Part shown: positions 42,661 to 60,228 of the stretch, in pieces
How the letters are laid out: each line of letters starts with the position of its first letter
Position numbering within the stretch: position 1 is the first letter of the stretch
The notes under the pieces: generated by a model
Database searches by the model: none
What the model saw: the letters and a program-made list of their open reading frames with translations, nothing else
Told to the model about the DNA's origin: nothing
Assembly: GCA_965153285.1 (NCBI GenBank)
Contig: OZ229119.1
Length of the DNA stretch: 64,000 bases
Strand: one strand, 5' to 3'
Origin: Podarcis tiliguerta
Lineage: Eukaryota
Position numbers and translations under genes: made by a program

Positions 42661-42960
42661 CAGAGTGGCTAACCTATGACACTCCAGATTGCATTGGATT
42701 ACAACTCCCATTATTGCTGACCACTGGTTATGGTGGTTGGAACTGATGGGAAGTAGATCCCAACAACTGTTCTCTACCACTGCCGCACAAAATTTTTCCA
42801 TGTTGTTGCAGATGAAGTTATACATGTTTGCTTTCTGTGCTGTAGGGAGCCTGTGATATTACCAGACTCCAGCTCCCATCATCATCAGCCAGAAGTGGTC
42901 AGGAATTATGGGAGTTATGTCCCAGGAATATCTGAATGCCTACAGGTCTCTCACCCCCTC
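42661..42960. mobile_element. Two degenerate copies of the palindromic hAT MITE family
   Basis: GGATTACAACTCCCAT...GACCACTGG...TGATGGGAAGTAG and GACTCCAGCTCCCATCATC...TTATGGGAGTTATGTCC. Confidence 0.55.
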
Positions 42961-43505
42961 CAGTGCCTTAAAAGAGCTATTATTTCAAATATTGCAAAAT
43001 AAGACTGCTGAGAATGTGGCTAGACACTTTCATTTCAAAAGTACAACTTACACACAAACACGATGACGTTTGGCAAATGAACCATTGACATATACTCCAC
43101 TCTCAGATCACCATCAACTTGCCTGAGGGCAAATAAAGAAAACATTCCAGTCAAAGTGTGTACCTTGCCACATTTGAGGTGCTTAAAACTCGCTGGGACA
43201 GCCACGTGGCACTTAGGAAGGCCATGAAGCCCTGAGCCAAAGCTGCCATGGGAAGCTGCAGCCAGATGGACAGTGTACCAATACACTCCACACTTTGTCC
43301 TGTATGCTTATAACACCACTTGCAAGCACCAGTAACAAAGGCTTTGTCCAAAGCAAAACCTGCAGAGCAGGGGCAGGGCACCATGTTCAGCTCAAGCAGC
43401 ACCTTCTGAGAGACAGCTTTCCAGTCATAGGCGCAGCCAGAGGCCCCAAAGTGCAGACCAACAACTGAGAATTTTACCTTGATACATTAGGTTTCTTCCC
43501 ACTGA

Positions 43506-43667
43506 GGCTGTGTACACACCATGCCTTTAAATACTTGCCGAATAATATTGAGAACTATGGTTGCCCTCAGAGCCACAATTCCCAGCACCCTTAAGAAACT
43601 ACAGTTCCCAGGAGTCTTGATGGGGGTATGCTTTGAATATGCTTAAAGGTATGGTGTGTAGACAGCC
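43506..43667. mobile_element. MITE, probably PIF/Harbinger type
   Basis: TIRs GGCTGTGTACACACCAT / ATGGTGTGTAGACAGCC; related fragments near 39215-39340 and 48085-48200. Confidence 0.65.
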
Positions 43668-44276
43668 AGGGGTGTAACTAGGGGGGTGCAGCCGGGGCGA
43701 TTGCCCTGGACGCATTTTGGGCGGGGGACATGCTTCTCATGCCACCTTCCCCAAGCCAGCCCTGCTTGTGTTTGTGAGGGTGGATCTGATCAGATCCCAG
43801 CCTCGCAAAGCTGCTCAGGGAGGGCAGCAAGAGAAGGACCCCAGCCTTGCCAAGGCTGGGATCGAAGGGTTTGTGTCTGTTGTGTTCTTCTCACTCGTCC
43901 TCCCGGAGTGGCTTTGCGAGGAGTGTTTACATGGAGGGGCACAGAGGGCAAATGGAGCCCACTGCGCCAGGCCAGCTCTCACCACTGAAGCGAGCCGCAG
44001 TTCTGTTTGCCGTCCGTACCACGCACCTTTCGCTACTGGGATTAAAGGATGCATAGCTGTTGCACATTTCTCATTCTGCCCTTCCCTGAGCTCTATCAGA
44101 GTAATTAGTGACAGCCTAGCCTCCCACAGTGATGTATGATGTTAAACCACCAGAAGAAGCAACCACTATATGTTCAAAAAATTAGAACAATCTTAACAGT
44201 GTAAACTTAAGCATGTCTACTTGGAAACAAGTCCAAACTCAATTCAATTAAACTTACTCCAATGCAAATGTGTACA

Positions 44277-44786
44277 CGTCAGGACTTGAGTCAGGTGTAG
44301 ATCAGCAGCATAAACAAAGCACCCGAGGCCAGAGAAGTTAATTTCCCTTGGTCTGGCTCCAGTGAAGCTGTTGTGAGGTCTGAAGGTCCCCGCCTTCCCA
44401 CCGCTCTCTAAGGCTCCTCCCCTCCAGAGTTTTTCCCACACATTGTCAAACTGTGCTCACAACTGTTTTCTGTTCTTTTCATTTCTCTGTGCATTCTTGG
44501 AACCTAGGGGACGGAGACTCCTTGGATTCTTGACCCCCCCCCCGCCTCTGCTTCAGCCTCAAAGTCTGAACTGCACTCTGCCACAGCTTCTTCATGTTCA
44601 CTAAACCCTGTCACCTCTCCTGCGGCTGATACCTCCTCCTCCCAGTCAGCTCCTTCTCCCTCTGACCACTCATCCTTGTCCCCCCACTAATCCCCAGGCT
44701 CCGAGCCTTCCTCCCCTTGGTGTTCCCTAGGGTGTTTCCCGGCTGCTGCCTCCCACCACTCCTCTGCATCCATCCAGTCCATGACA
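44277..44786 (-). mobile_element. Solo LTR (~510 bp)
   Basis: Inverted termini (C/T)GTCA...TGACA; 5-bp TSD GTACA/ATACA with one mismatch. Confidence 0.7.
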
Positions 44787-46120
44787 ATACAGAATTACAT
44801 TCTAAACCAGCAATGCATCTCTTCTGAATATATTCTTAAATGGACCTTCACTCTCCCCCATCCGTTCAAATCTTAGTCACTTGATGGTCAGTCATGTGTT
44901 TCTATCTTGCTGACTTTGGGTGGAAAGCAGTGAGTCACCATTTGTACTTAGTTGTTTATTAGTATGCACGGCATATCTCTGCCCTGTAATGTGGCAAATT
45001 GTTCGATGTGGTTTATATTAAATATTTTAAAAGTGCATAATGTGCAAAAAAAAAAAAAAAGGCTGCTATTAAATATCTAAGCTCTAGGCCCATACTTTTA
45101 TAGAGAATGAATGGTACATGAGTAGAATCACATCTACCCAGTGTTTGCTCTTTCGTGAAAGTAAGTCGGAGTTAAATATTTTAGGGCCTACTTCTAAGTA
45201 AACCTGGTTAGAATCAGATAACAATATGGAAGCATGATCAGAAGCAGATAGTCTGTGGGAGCTCACTAAAAGACTTCAAAATGTAATAAGGAAAACACAT
45301 TATGTTAGATGATGATCAGGATCTTTCACTTTTTATTAATCAATAACAGCCATGGGTGGGAGGGAGCTTGAGGATCCCATCCTTTCCCTTTGTGGAGCAA
45401 ATAACAACTGAATGGGACGGGTCTCATTTAGTTTGACCAAGTACATAATTTTTTAAGGCATTGTTCCCTTCAATATTAGAACTGCCATCAATATTACTAG
45501 TCTATGGAATTCATACAATACCCAACTGATATAAATGCACCCTCCCCCAATTAATTTTAATGGTTCAGTACACGCATGATGTGCTATAAGGATTAATCAG
45601 CTTTACAAGAGCAGGACAGTTTTATGAATAAGTGAGCTCTTTTATTAAATGGAAGTTTATATGCACAATAAATCCCTTTAACAGAGGATGCCTACAAAGC
45701 AATCCAGATTTCCCTTATCTCACTCAGGTTAATTTGGAGCAATCCTTGTCAGCTTTGTAGCTCTGTTCTTAAACCCATTCTTCCATATAATATTTCTCGC
45801 TCTACTGCTTAAGCAAACATAGTGACTGATTTATATTAAAGACGCTCAGAAATAGGCCGGTGGTTAAGATACTGACAGTCACTGACTTCCCAGTCTTGAA
45901 AAGACAATGAAGTAATAAAATCCAAAGATGTTATTTCAGAAATGGTAATTCTACAAGTATAGAAGTAATTCTGCCGGGGGGCGCGGGGATTGAACCATAA
46001 CATTCTAACATCAAGAAACATATGAAAGGTAGGCATGAAAGCCAAATTGTTTTGAAAATAAAAAAGCTTCCTGGCCGAAGTAAGATATTTTGTATCCAGT
46101 TACAGCATTTTAACCCAGTA

Positions 46121-46355
46121 CAGTGGTGCCTTGGTTTATAATCCATTCCGGAAGTCCGTTCTTAAACCAAAACCGTTCTTAAACCGAGGTGCGCTTTCCC
46201 TAATGAGGCTTCCCACTGCCGATGCCCTTCCACCTTTCGGCTTCTGTTTTTAGACCGAGGTAAAGTTCGCAAACCAGGACACTACTTCCAGTTTTGTGGA
46301 ATTCATAAACTGAATAGGTCGTAAACAGGGCTGTTCTTAAACCGAGGTACCACTG
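46121..46355. mobile_element. Tc1/mariner-type MITE
   Basis: TA duplication; TIRs CAGTGGTGCCTTGGTTTA / TAAACCGAGGTACCACTG; related to 16218-16443. Confidence 0.88.
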
Positions 46356-49329
46356 TATCCCTGAAGTATTTTAAAGTAGCTAGACTCCCTTTTTCCTACT
46401 TGCACCTGTGTTTTTAAATGAAACTGGAAGCAGTTGTAATCTCATGTACAGTTAGGAGCACGTTCCACTTAATTCCATGTGCCTTTTTTCAGAGTATGTG
46501 CATAGAATCAGACTGTAAATGTCTTTTGCATGGCAGACAAAAAATAATGTGGGAAAATATTAATTGTGAGTAATACGCATAGGTACATAGGATACTTCTT
46601 AGTAAGCTTTAACTGGCTTCCTTTCATCAGCATATTTTAACAGAGCACAGGTTCTTTGAAGCTTGCTCTCTGTTTTATGGAGTTGTGTTAACTCAGGATA
46701 TTTCAGGTCAACATTCCAATCTTTGGGAAGGGCCTATAATAACATGTGTTCTGAACATCTGTCTTTTTAAGGGACTCATCAAGAAAATATTTTAAAATAC
46801 TACACTTTCCGTTCTGAATGTGTTTCTTGTAAGTCTCACTGATTTGAGGATTTACACCCCCCCCCTTTATTTTTGAGGGAATGTGCTTAGGATCACAAAT
46901 GTGATAAAGCGGTAAATCCTAGCTTGTAATGCAAACAATCAGGTTGTGGAATTACCTCCCCTCTGAGATGCATCTTACATGCTTTTCAATGATTGGTCAA
47001 TATGTGTTTCCTTATCCAGCCTTTTGCTGAATTGAAGTATTCCCTTCTCCTGTGTTCATATGCACTGCTGCCCTGTTATTTTGTCACTGGTTTCACTATT
47101 TTATCTTTTTAATGTAAATTACATTTGTTTTAATTGTGACATTTTTGTAACCTATCCTGGGATCATGGGGTGAAATGCAGACTGAGAGTACAGTATAATA
47201 AAAAAAACAATTTTCAATAGCCTGATAATGAAGCCTCTCTATTTTCCTATACTTGGAAACACTTGTTTCTTTTTCCTACATTAGAATAGGAAAAACTGTG
47301 GTAAGGATGTCATACAAAGACCAAGAGAACTAAAGTTCAAATTCCTCCCTCCTATCTAAACTTTCACTCAGTTTAACTAATCTTCACAACAATCCTGGGA
47401 GGTTGAATCATGGGAGTGCGGAGGACCATGCATACCCCACACCCCGAAAGAAGGGCAGCGTAAAAATGTAATAAATAAATAGTGGACATTTCTAAAATAT
47501 CCCTACATGATCTCCCTGTACTGAAGGCACTGAGAGGCAAGAGCTGATGGGCTTTGCATGTTTTTATTACACATGGTGCAATGGTCTTCAGTTGAGTGTA
47601 AGGACTAGCATGAGAAGCAGGGTGCGTTCTTGCTTGTTATCCAATTGGGAAAGTGAGCAAGGAGTGTGGAACAGAATGGGAGAGTATTATAACAAGAAGT
47701 GTGCTTTCTTAAGGGTTCTGATCATAGTGCTTAATCTGCTCCAGTGCATGCCTTTTGAAAGGCTGAAGCTCCATTGAGCATTGCTATTTATTTACACTGA
47801 GGTCTTGCAGACTTCAGTGGGGCTTCCGGCCTGGCAAATCTGCATAAGAACGCACTCTTACACCTGTGTTCAAAGCAATGTGAAGGCATTTCATGAGATT
47901 AGATACTGCACCATTAACTCACAGTCAGTTTGAGTTATACCCAATGTTATACATACTTCATTCCACTGATTTCAGTGGGTCTATTTTGGGTATGTGACTT
48001 AGCCCCGTTAGTACTATGTATTTAGTGTACTATTCCCCTCAAGTCTCAGAGTTCCTTCGGAAGAAGGATTGGTAGGTAAACCATTCTGAAAAGTGTAGCT
48101 CTGTGATGGGCACAGCAGTCTCTTGACAACTCTCAGCACGCTTAACAAACTACAGCCCCCAGGATTCTTTGGGGGAAGCAATGTCTGTTTAAAGTAGCAT
48201 GATGCTACTTGAAACGTAAAGTGCCTTGGTTGATTATCACTTATTATTTGCATTAAATTTAGTTTGCTGTGATTTCTGAGGACTTCATCAAGGTTATGGA
48301 TCTTAACCAGATCTTCTGAAAGCTCATTCAAAATCAATGGGAGTTCCAGGATATATGTTGAAAAATAGGAGAGTAATATTTATAGATATTAATTTCTGAA
48401 TGCCTTAAAAAGTTAGAAGATGTTCAGAACACATGAGATGACATGCTTACTATTTAATACTTTCTTTTGCTTAAGGTTTTAATCCCACATTTCCACCACA
48501 ATGACTTTCAGGTTGGCTTGCAAATTCTCCTGTCTAAACTATTAACTTTAAAACGGTTCAAGTAAACAAGCTTAAGAACTGATAAATGACACACAAAATA
48601 AGCCAGTAGATTAATTGCTATTTAAAAGGACAGACAAATAAAAACAGCAAAAGCAAAAACAATAGCACTGTATTAATAAAAAATTGTTCTGAAGACTTAA
48701 GCTGCAGTCTTGAGAGCTAAGCTTACCTGCATATTTTGTAAGCGGTGTGTCAAGGATGCAGGGTTACATGTAAATTATAAAAATGCTTTGGAAAAGCAGA
48801 ACCTCGTCTCCTACCCCATCTTGAAGTCTTTAAACCACACCTCATCCCGATGATTAAAATACACTCCCTAGTAATTTTCTTGTCTGCAATTCATGTATAC
48901 CTCTCTGAAATACACTTTTTATTGGCTGTTTTGCTGACACTGTGATATACTATTTTGTCATATTCTTGCTGAGGTTGACAAACTGGCATGATCTGCCATC
49001 ATATGGAGCCTCTACTCTTGGTGCTAAACCATGTTTTCCATTCCCAGAAATAATATTTGGAGATATCAGTCCCACACTCATGGTTTTCTTTATTTTCAGT
49101 TTTCTGCTGAAGCCGTGATTCCTTCCTACATATAATACAGCTTTTCCTGAGGCTCAGCATAAATTAAATGATGAGTAGGGTTTATTTCTAGCATTTGTCA
49201 CGTCAATCAGTTTATTTATTCCTATCCTGCTTTTTTGCAATACAGCCGCACTCAGTGTTGCTGCATTTTACAACAAATGAAAGCACATCATAGCTAAAGT
49301 AAAAACTGCATCCTATCTAAAGCGGTGGC

Positions 49330-49730
49330 ACACATGTGACGCTATACTTAGGACTTGCCTGGAAGCACCAGTTTGTTAAAAATACCTTGACTAGAGTGCT
49401 GAGGAGGACAAACAACCCGAGCACATAACTCCCATACTTAAAAACTTGTACCAGCTACCAATATGCAACTTCAAGGTTCATGTATTAATTTATGTACTAC
49501 TGATTTTGGCCCAAGATCCCTTAAGGACCACCTTATGCTTCTCTCCCTGTCCCATCATTGAGGTATTATGGGGAGTTTATGTTAGTAGTTCCCCAGGGCT
49601 CAGTCACATGGTTTGAATCCACCAGGAGCTGTGCATTCAGTATTGTGGGCCCAATTCTGTGAAACTTCCTCCTGACTGAGATCAGACAGGGATCTTCTCT
49701 ACTGAACTTCTGGTGCTTGGTGAAGGCTTT
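49330..49730 (+). mobile_element. L2/CR1-clade LINE 3' fragment (degenerate)
   Basis: Decayed ORF2 C-terminus (EHITPILKNLYQLPI...FKV-like) followed by 3' sequence; a similar fragment lies near 32780-33020. Confidence 0.55.
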
Positions 49731-50915
49731 AAACATTTCAGTCAACATTTTAAGTAAGCTTTATGACTTCATGGTAATTGTAATGGAGGGATGTAGGTTT
49801 TTTTGTAGCCTCATTGCATATTGCTTAGAGACTATGGTATCAAGCACTATATAAATAGTTGAAATATTGCTCTAAAGTAGTGTTTCAAACAAATCCAGTA
49901 ACTATTTCATAGCAACCACTCAGCATCCATCAATACAATAATTCAAATATAAATGCTAACTCAATAATTAGTAATACTACCAATACAAATAGTGCATAAT
50001 ATAACTGCAACGTTTCAAAGCCATTCGTTTCATAACTGCAATATAATTCAATTCAATAACAACTATCATGGCAAAAATAAATAAAAACCTTATAGGTTTT
50101 CTTATCCAGTAAGCAATATGCAAATGTTGTTAAATAAATAAAACATTGCTTCTACAATAATTTCCACAGAGCACAATAAAATATAGAGTGCACAATAGCA
50201 GAGTGCAGTACAAATAAATATTCAACACTCCAAATCATGGGGAGTCCAGGGGAGATAACTTTGACAGCTGTATAAACTTAGCTTTAAGCAGCAATTCATA
50301 AAAGGAATAAATTCACATTCAAAATGCCTTCCTCTTATCCTCCGCTATTATAATTGGAAGTCTTATATTCTGTACCAAGAGGGGAAAATCATAGTACAAG
50401 TGAAGGCCTTGCCTCTCATCTGCAGTACCATACCATTTATCCCTCATTCACACCTTGACCGTTCTCCTTTTCTTATTTTCTTTCACCAGAGGGGCTCAAG
50501 GGAAAATCCCCTCCCAGGGGGACTAATTCCAGGTGTCACCTGCAGGTCCTTCCATGTCTTTTTTCAGTGTGCTTTCATGATCATTTGTGCTCATGATGTT
50601 ATGGGGCAGTTATATGCAATCCCGCTTTCAATTACTTGTAGCACCTGCAAAGATTTTGGGGCGGACATACTGCTTTGTTCTCAATCAGTGTAAGTCCCCT
50701 AACCTCCTGCAGAAATCTTGCAACTTTTTATACTACAAATGTTCCAGTTTGTTTTTTTGTCCTGCCACTGTTGTTTTGTAGTGCAAGAGTGGCCCTCAAG
50801 ATAGCAACAATTTAGTGGTACTGGGGAAGCATCACAGAACAACTAATAAAACTGATGTCTCAGGGCCTTTTCTGCAGTTGTGTTCTGCAACATGTTTCTG
50901 GATGCTTCCAGACTA

Positions 50916-51143
50916 CAGTCACACCTTGGTTGTCGAACACCTTGGTACCCATACGTTTCGGCTCCCGAACAATCGAAACCAGGAAGTGAGCTTTCCAGTT
51001 TTTGAACTTTTTTTGGAAGCCGAATGCCTGATGTGGCTTCTGCTATTGTTTCTGGTGCGCCTGCGCAATCGGAAGCTGCGCCTTGGTTTCCAAATGTTTC
51101 GGAAGTTGAACGGACTTCCTGTTCGAAAACCAAGGTACGACTG
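50916..51143. mobile_element. Tc1/mariner-type MITE
   Basis: TA duplication; TIRs CAGTCACACCTTGGTT / AACCAAGGTACGACTG; same family as 25124-25363, opposite orientation. Confidence 0.88.
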
Positions 51144-51899
51144 TATTGGCATTTTGAGGTGTGAATCAATCATATTATGGCAAATTCAGCATGCACGATT
51201 AAAGCCAACTTCGAGCTCTTGCACAGCAACCATGCTTCCCCTCAAAACTGTCCTTTTCTGGATAAGGAAAGTGATGAGAAAATGCTTGTGTTGACAGCCT
51301 CTTCACGAAAAGCTCCAACAGCCAACGTTGTCTATGCTCCCCTTGTGAAGAAAGCGGGTTGAACGCTCAATAAGCGTTTCTGCAAACGTCCATTGGTGAA
51401 TTGTCCACATGGCTGATGTGGGCCAAGAAGTAGCTGTTAGCACTGCAGGAGTTCAAAGCACGGGGGGGGGGTGTTCGTTGGCGGATGTAATTACTCGTGC
51501 CTGTAGCAAGGGCAGGAAAAAGCAAAGCTCAGCCGCCCACGCAGAAGCTTCTCGCGGTTGCCTCCACGCCCCTGGTCACGGGGCAGCAAAAGAGAGGCTC
51601 GCCTTCAACCCTCCAGCAGGTGCACATGCGCGCTAGAAGACAACTAATCGCTCTAGAGGCCTGAGATTGATAGAGACGAGCAAACTAAAGGATACAGAGA
51701 TAAGAACACGTGGCGATCTCGAGGACAAAGAGATAGAAAAAGCTTAGAGTGACAATAGGTTTTTTTGTGAACTTCCTGGTTCATTTCGATTCCCCCCCCC
51801 CCGCTTCCCTCCTCCTGGGGCAAAACTGCCGTTCGTATGTGAACTATGCTGATGGGGCAAAGTGAAGAGGGTTAGTGTCTTACGACCAGCCTGGAATTT

Positions 51900-52870
51900 A
51901 ATCCACCGGCAATATTTCTGGTTAAAAGCAGGACCGAGGCTAGTTTGAATTTCCGAATGCGGACACAGCAAAGACATGTCCGCTTAATCCTTCCCAGCTG
52001 AAATCGGAGTTTTATTTGTATGCAGAGTCCTCGAGCTTCGCTACCACGTCGCATTCCTCCTGCCCCCCCCCCCCCAAATCCATTAATCCTAGGCGGATCA
52101 ACTGGGAAGGAAGTCTCACTGACTTAAAGGGGGCTCATTCCAAAGTAAGTGGGTGCAGGATTGGTTTCTGTAAGGATACAGCTAAGCACAAAGCTAAGCT
52201 CGCTCCTGGATTTGCCCACTGCTTTCTGCGAGCGGCGGGTAGAGAATGCCAGTCCAGGGCCAACCCGGAACCTTGAAAACGTGTATGAGTCTACAAGTTG
52301 TCACTCTACGGTCACTAGTTTCAAGCGACAGAGCGTCCTTTGCGCGGGGCGGGGGGCGCTGTTCTGAGGCGGCCATGGGACTTCCAAGCGCCGCGGCCGC
52401 TGCTGTTGCTGTTCTGCGTCTTGGCAGCGCGCGGGTGAGGAAGATGCGGCGGTTCCCACACCCCCGCGCGGTCAGCAGAAAGCAGGCGAGGCCCCGGCGT
52501 CGGTGCTGAGGTGCGTAGAAAGCCCCGGAGGAGCACCCCTGTCCGGGCACAAGGCTTAGAAGCTCCCGCGGCTCCGCTCCGACGTGCCCGGCTCGCCATT
52601 TCATGTCCGATTTTCGCGCAAGGGAGAGCGGGATGCTTCGCCCGCCGAGGTTGAGGTCCTCCTCGCCCCTTCCTTGTTTGTAATGCGGGCTGAAAGCGCT
52701 TGCCCTGCACGGCCTCAAAGTCTTAGGGGTTTGCCGAGTCCTGAAACGTGACAATTGTGCTTGGAGGGGAGACCACCAGGGAGCCTGCCGTGTAAGCAGC
52801 CTTGGGTTCCAGGATGGAGAAAGGCGGGGAATAAAAGCACTAAATACATAGCCGCGCCACCTTTTTAGTT
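51900..52870. promoter_or_regulatory. CpG island / TMEM19 promoter and upstream first exon
   Basis: CpG-rich; GC box GGGGCGGGG near 52346; strong-Kozak ATG at 52375; donors after 52434 (CGG|GTGAGG) and 52510 (GAG|GTGCGT); E2F-like TTTCGCGC near 52612. Confidence 0.75.
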
Positions 52871-52989
52871 GTCACACAAGAGTAGGTGGGCCATTGTTTG
52901 TTTCGCTACCTTTCTGTCCCAACTTTTCCTCCAAGGGTTGGACTAGATTGCCTTTGGGGGTCTCCTCCAACTCTACGATTCTGTGAATC

Positions 52990-53330
52990 CCCCCTTTTTC
53001 TCCAAGGAGCTCAAGGTGGCCTACATACTTTTCCTCAGTGCTATTTTTCTAGAAAAAGAGTGCCAGAGTTCACCGTGAATTTCTCCCTTGTTCTCTTAGA
53101 ATGGCAATGGTGCCCACCTGAGAGGTGCTAGAGTTGAGCTCCAGCTGGAAAAAAGCCCTGCTTGTCCTCACAACAATCCTGTGAGGCAGGTTGGGTTGAG
53201 TATGAGTGACTGGCCCAATGTCACCCTGTGAGATTCACAGCTGATTTGGAGATTTGAGCTGTGGACTCCCGGGACTTATTCTTGCACTCTAACTACTACA
53301 CCACACTGCCTCTCACTACACCACACTGGC
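52990..53330 (-). mobile_element. MIR-like/CORE tRNA-SINE interrupted by the hAT MITE
   Basis: CACAACAATCCTGTGAGGCAGG...GACTGGCCCAA...ACTCTAACTACTACACCACACTG; recognised from memory. Confidence 0.6.
53036..53160. mobile_element. hAT MITE nested in an older SINE
   Basis: TIRs CAGTGCTATTTTTC / GAAAAAAGCCCTG; 8-bp TSD CTTTTCCT/CTTGTCCT (7/8). Confidence 0.8.
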
Positions 53331-54863
53331 TCCAGAGCCAGAAAAGGAGGACAAGAGAGACAGGTAAAGAAGGTCATTTCAGGCTCCTCCAGGCAGATTC
53401 TCCTCCACCCCCACGCCTGTATAGGGCTAGGAACCACATACTGTCCCACGGGGCCAGTATTTCTGAATTGTTATGTGTTGGATACTTCCTTATTGTTATT
53501 TTATGTAATGCATTTAGTTGTGAGATCCCTTGGAAGGATTTGTACCCCAAAAGGTGGGATGCAAATCAATGAAATAAATCAACAGAAAGTGTGGAGTATA
53601 CTCCATGTTTATGCCACAATAATCTGATTAAAGTGACACTAGATTTGTGGTTTGAAACTGCTAGCTGTTATGGTTCTCAGCATACAAAGAGACAGTGGCA
53701 GTGATGGGGCACCGTTGGCCCAACGGGGGTTATATTCCGGCCCATAATATTGTTTCCCTAAGCCATGCAACACCCACCATCATGCAAGACATTAGGGCAT
53801 GAAGCAAGACACAGTTGTTGAGGAACAATCAGGAGCTTTAAAATATGCTCCTGATTATTCCTTGGCAGGCGGGGCTTGTATTTAATGCCTTTCAAATGTA
53901 AGCCCCACTGGGATTGGTTCCCCAGCTGCCAGTTGTAGTTCCTGAGGGGAGCCAATCCCTGCTGAAAGTAGAGCTGGAAGTCAGCATTGATCAACTGATT
54001 GGTAGTGACTTCAAGCCATGCTAGCATCACCTGGGCTCTTCCTTTGCAATGTGTTTTGCAGTCAAGGTGAGCTGCAAAGGGGAAACGGGTCACCTGATGT
54101 CATGGTGACACCAGGTGATGGACAGGTGGTTGGCTGGCAGTGGGGGAATTAAGGTTCTAGCCTTCCATTCTGAAAAGGTTCTTCTGCTCTGGATTATGGA
54201 AATAAGGCCATGTTCTACCTTTGCTACTAGAGGCAATATGTCTCTGAATACCAGATGCTGGAAATCACAAGTGGAGAGAGTCCTTGTGGCCTTCATTCCC
54301 AAGGACACTTGATCATGCTGCAACTCTCTCTCCATATGATTATTGAATAGCTGTTGGAGCCTATGCTATGGAAAAAATATAATATCTCCCTCTGGCTCCT
54401 TACAATGACTCTTTTTCAAAATTCTGCTGCTTGCAGCAGAAGTTGCCTTGTTAACTAAGGACATTTGAATTGTTCATTAGTCAGGCCTGTAGGATTCTGT
54501 GCAGCAGGCCTTCACATGCAGATTTATTTGTATTTAATGCTGAACTATAAGGTCAGCATTACATGGATGAGCCTCCATGAGCTCAAACAAAATGTTAGGC
54601 ATGCATGCTCTTTCCTTTGTTCTACCCCTGCGTAACTGGGAAGGGGATGCCTGCCATGATTGCTTTGCGTTTCAAAGAAGTTTGGCTTACCATTGAATTT
54701 GAAATGGAAACCCAGGTACTGTATATAACCAACAATGGGTACTTGACAAAGAAGCCAGCTTCAAACTGGCTTATGAAGCTGGCTGATTTAACTATAGCTT
54801 CTTCTGCCTTTATTGAATGTGGAAGCTACCTTTCCCCACACTGTTTAATTTGCACACTTTTAA

Positions 54864-60228
<5,365 letters not shown>

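Noticed and set aside
43035-43470. Possible decayed integrase or transposase (VLYAYNTT, ECIGTL)
   Set aside because: Too short and fragmentary to assign.
50815-51294. 159-aa ORF and overlapping minus-strand ORFs, similar to the ORF at 25117-25395
   Set aside because: The similarity comes from shared non-autonomous mariner MITE sequence, not a gene family.
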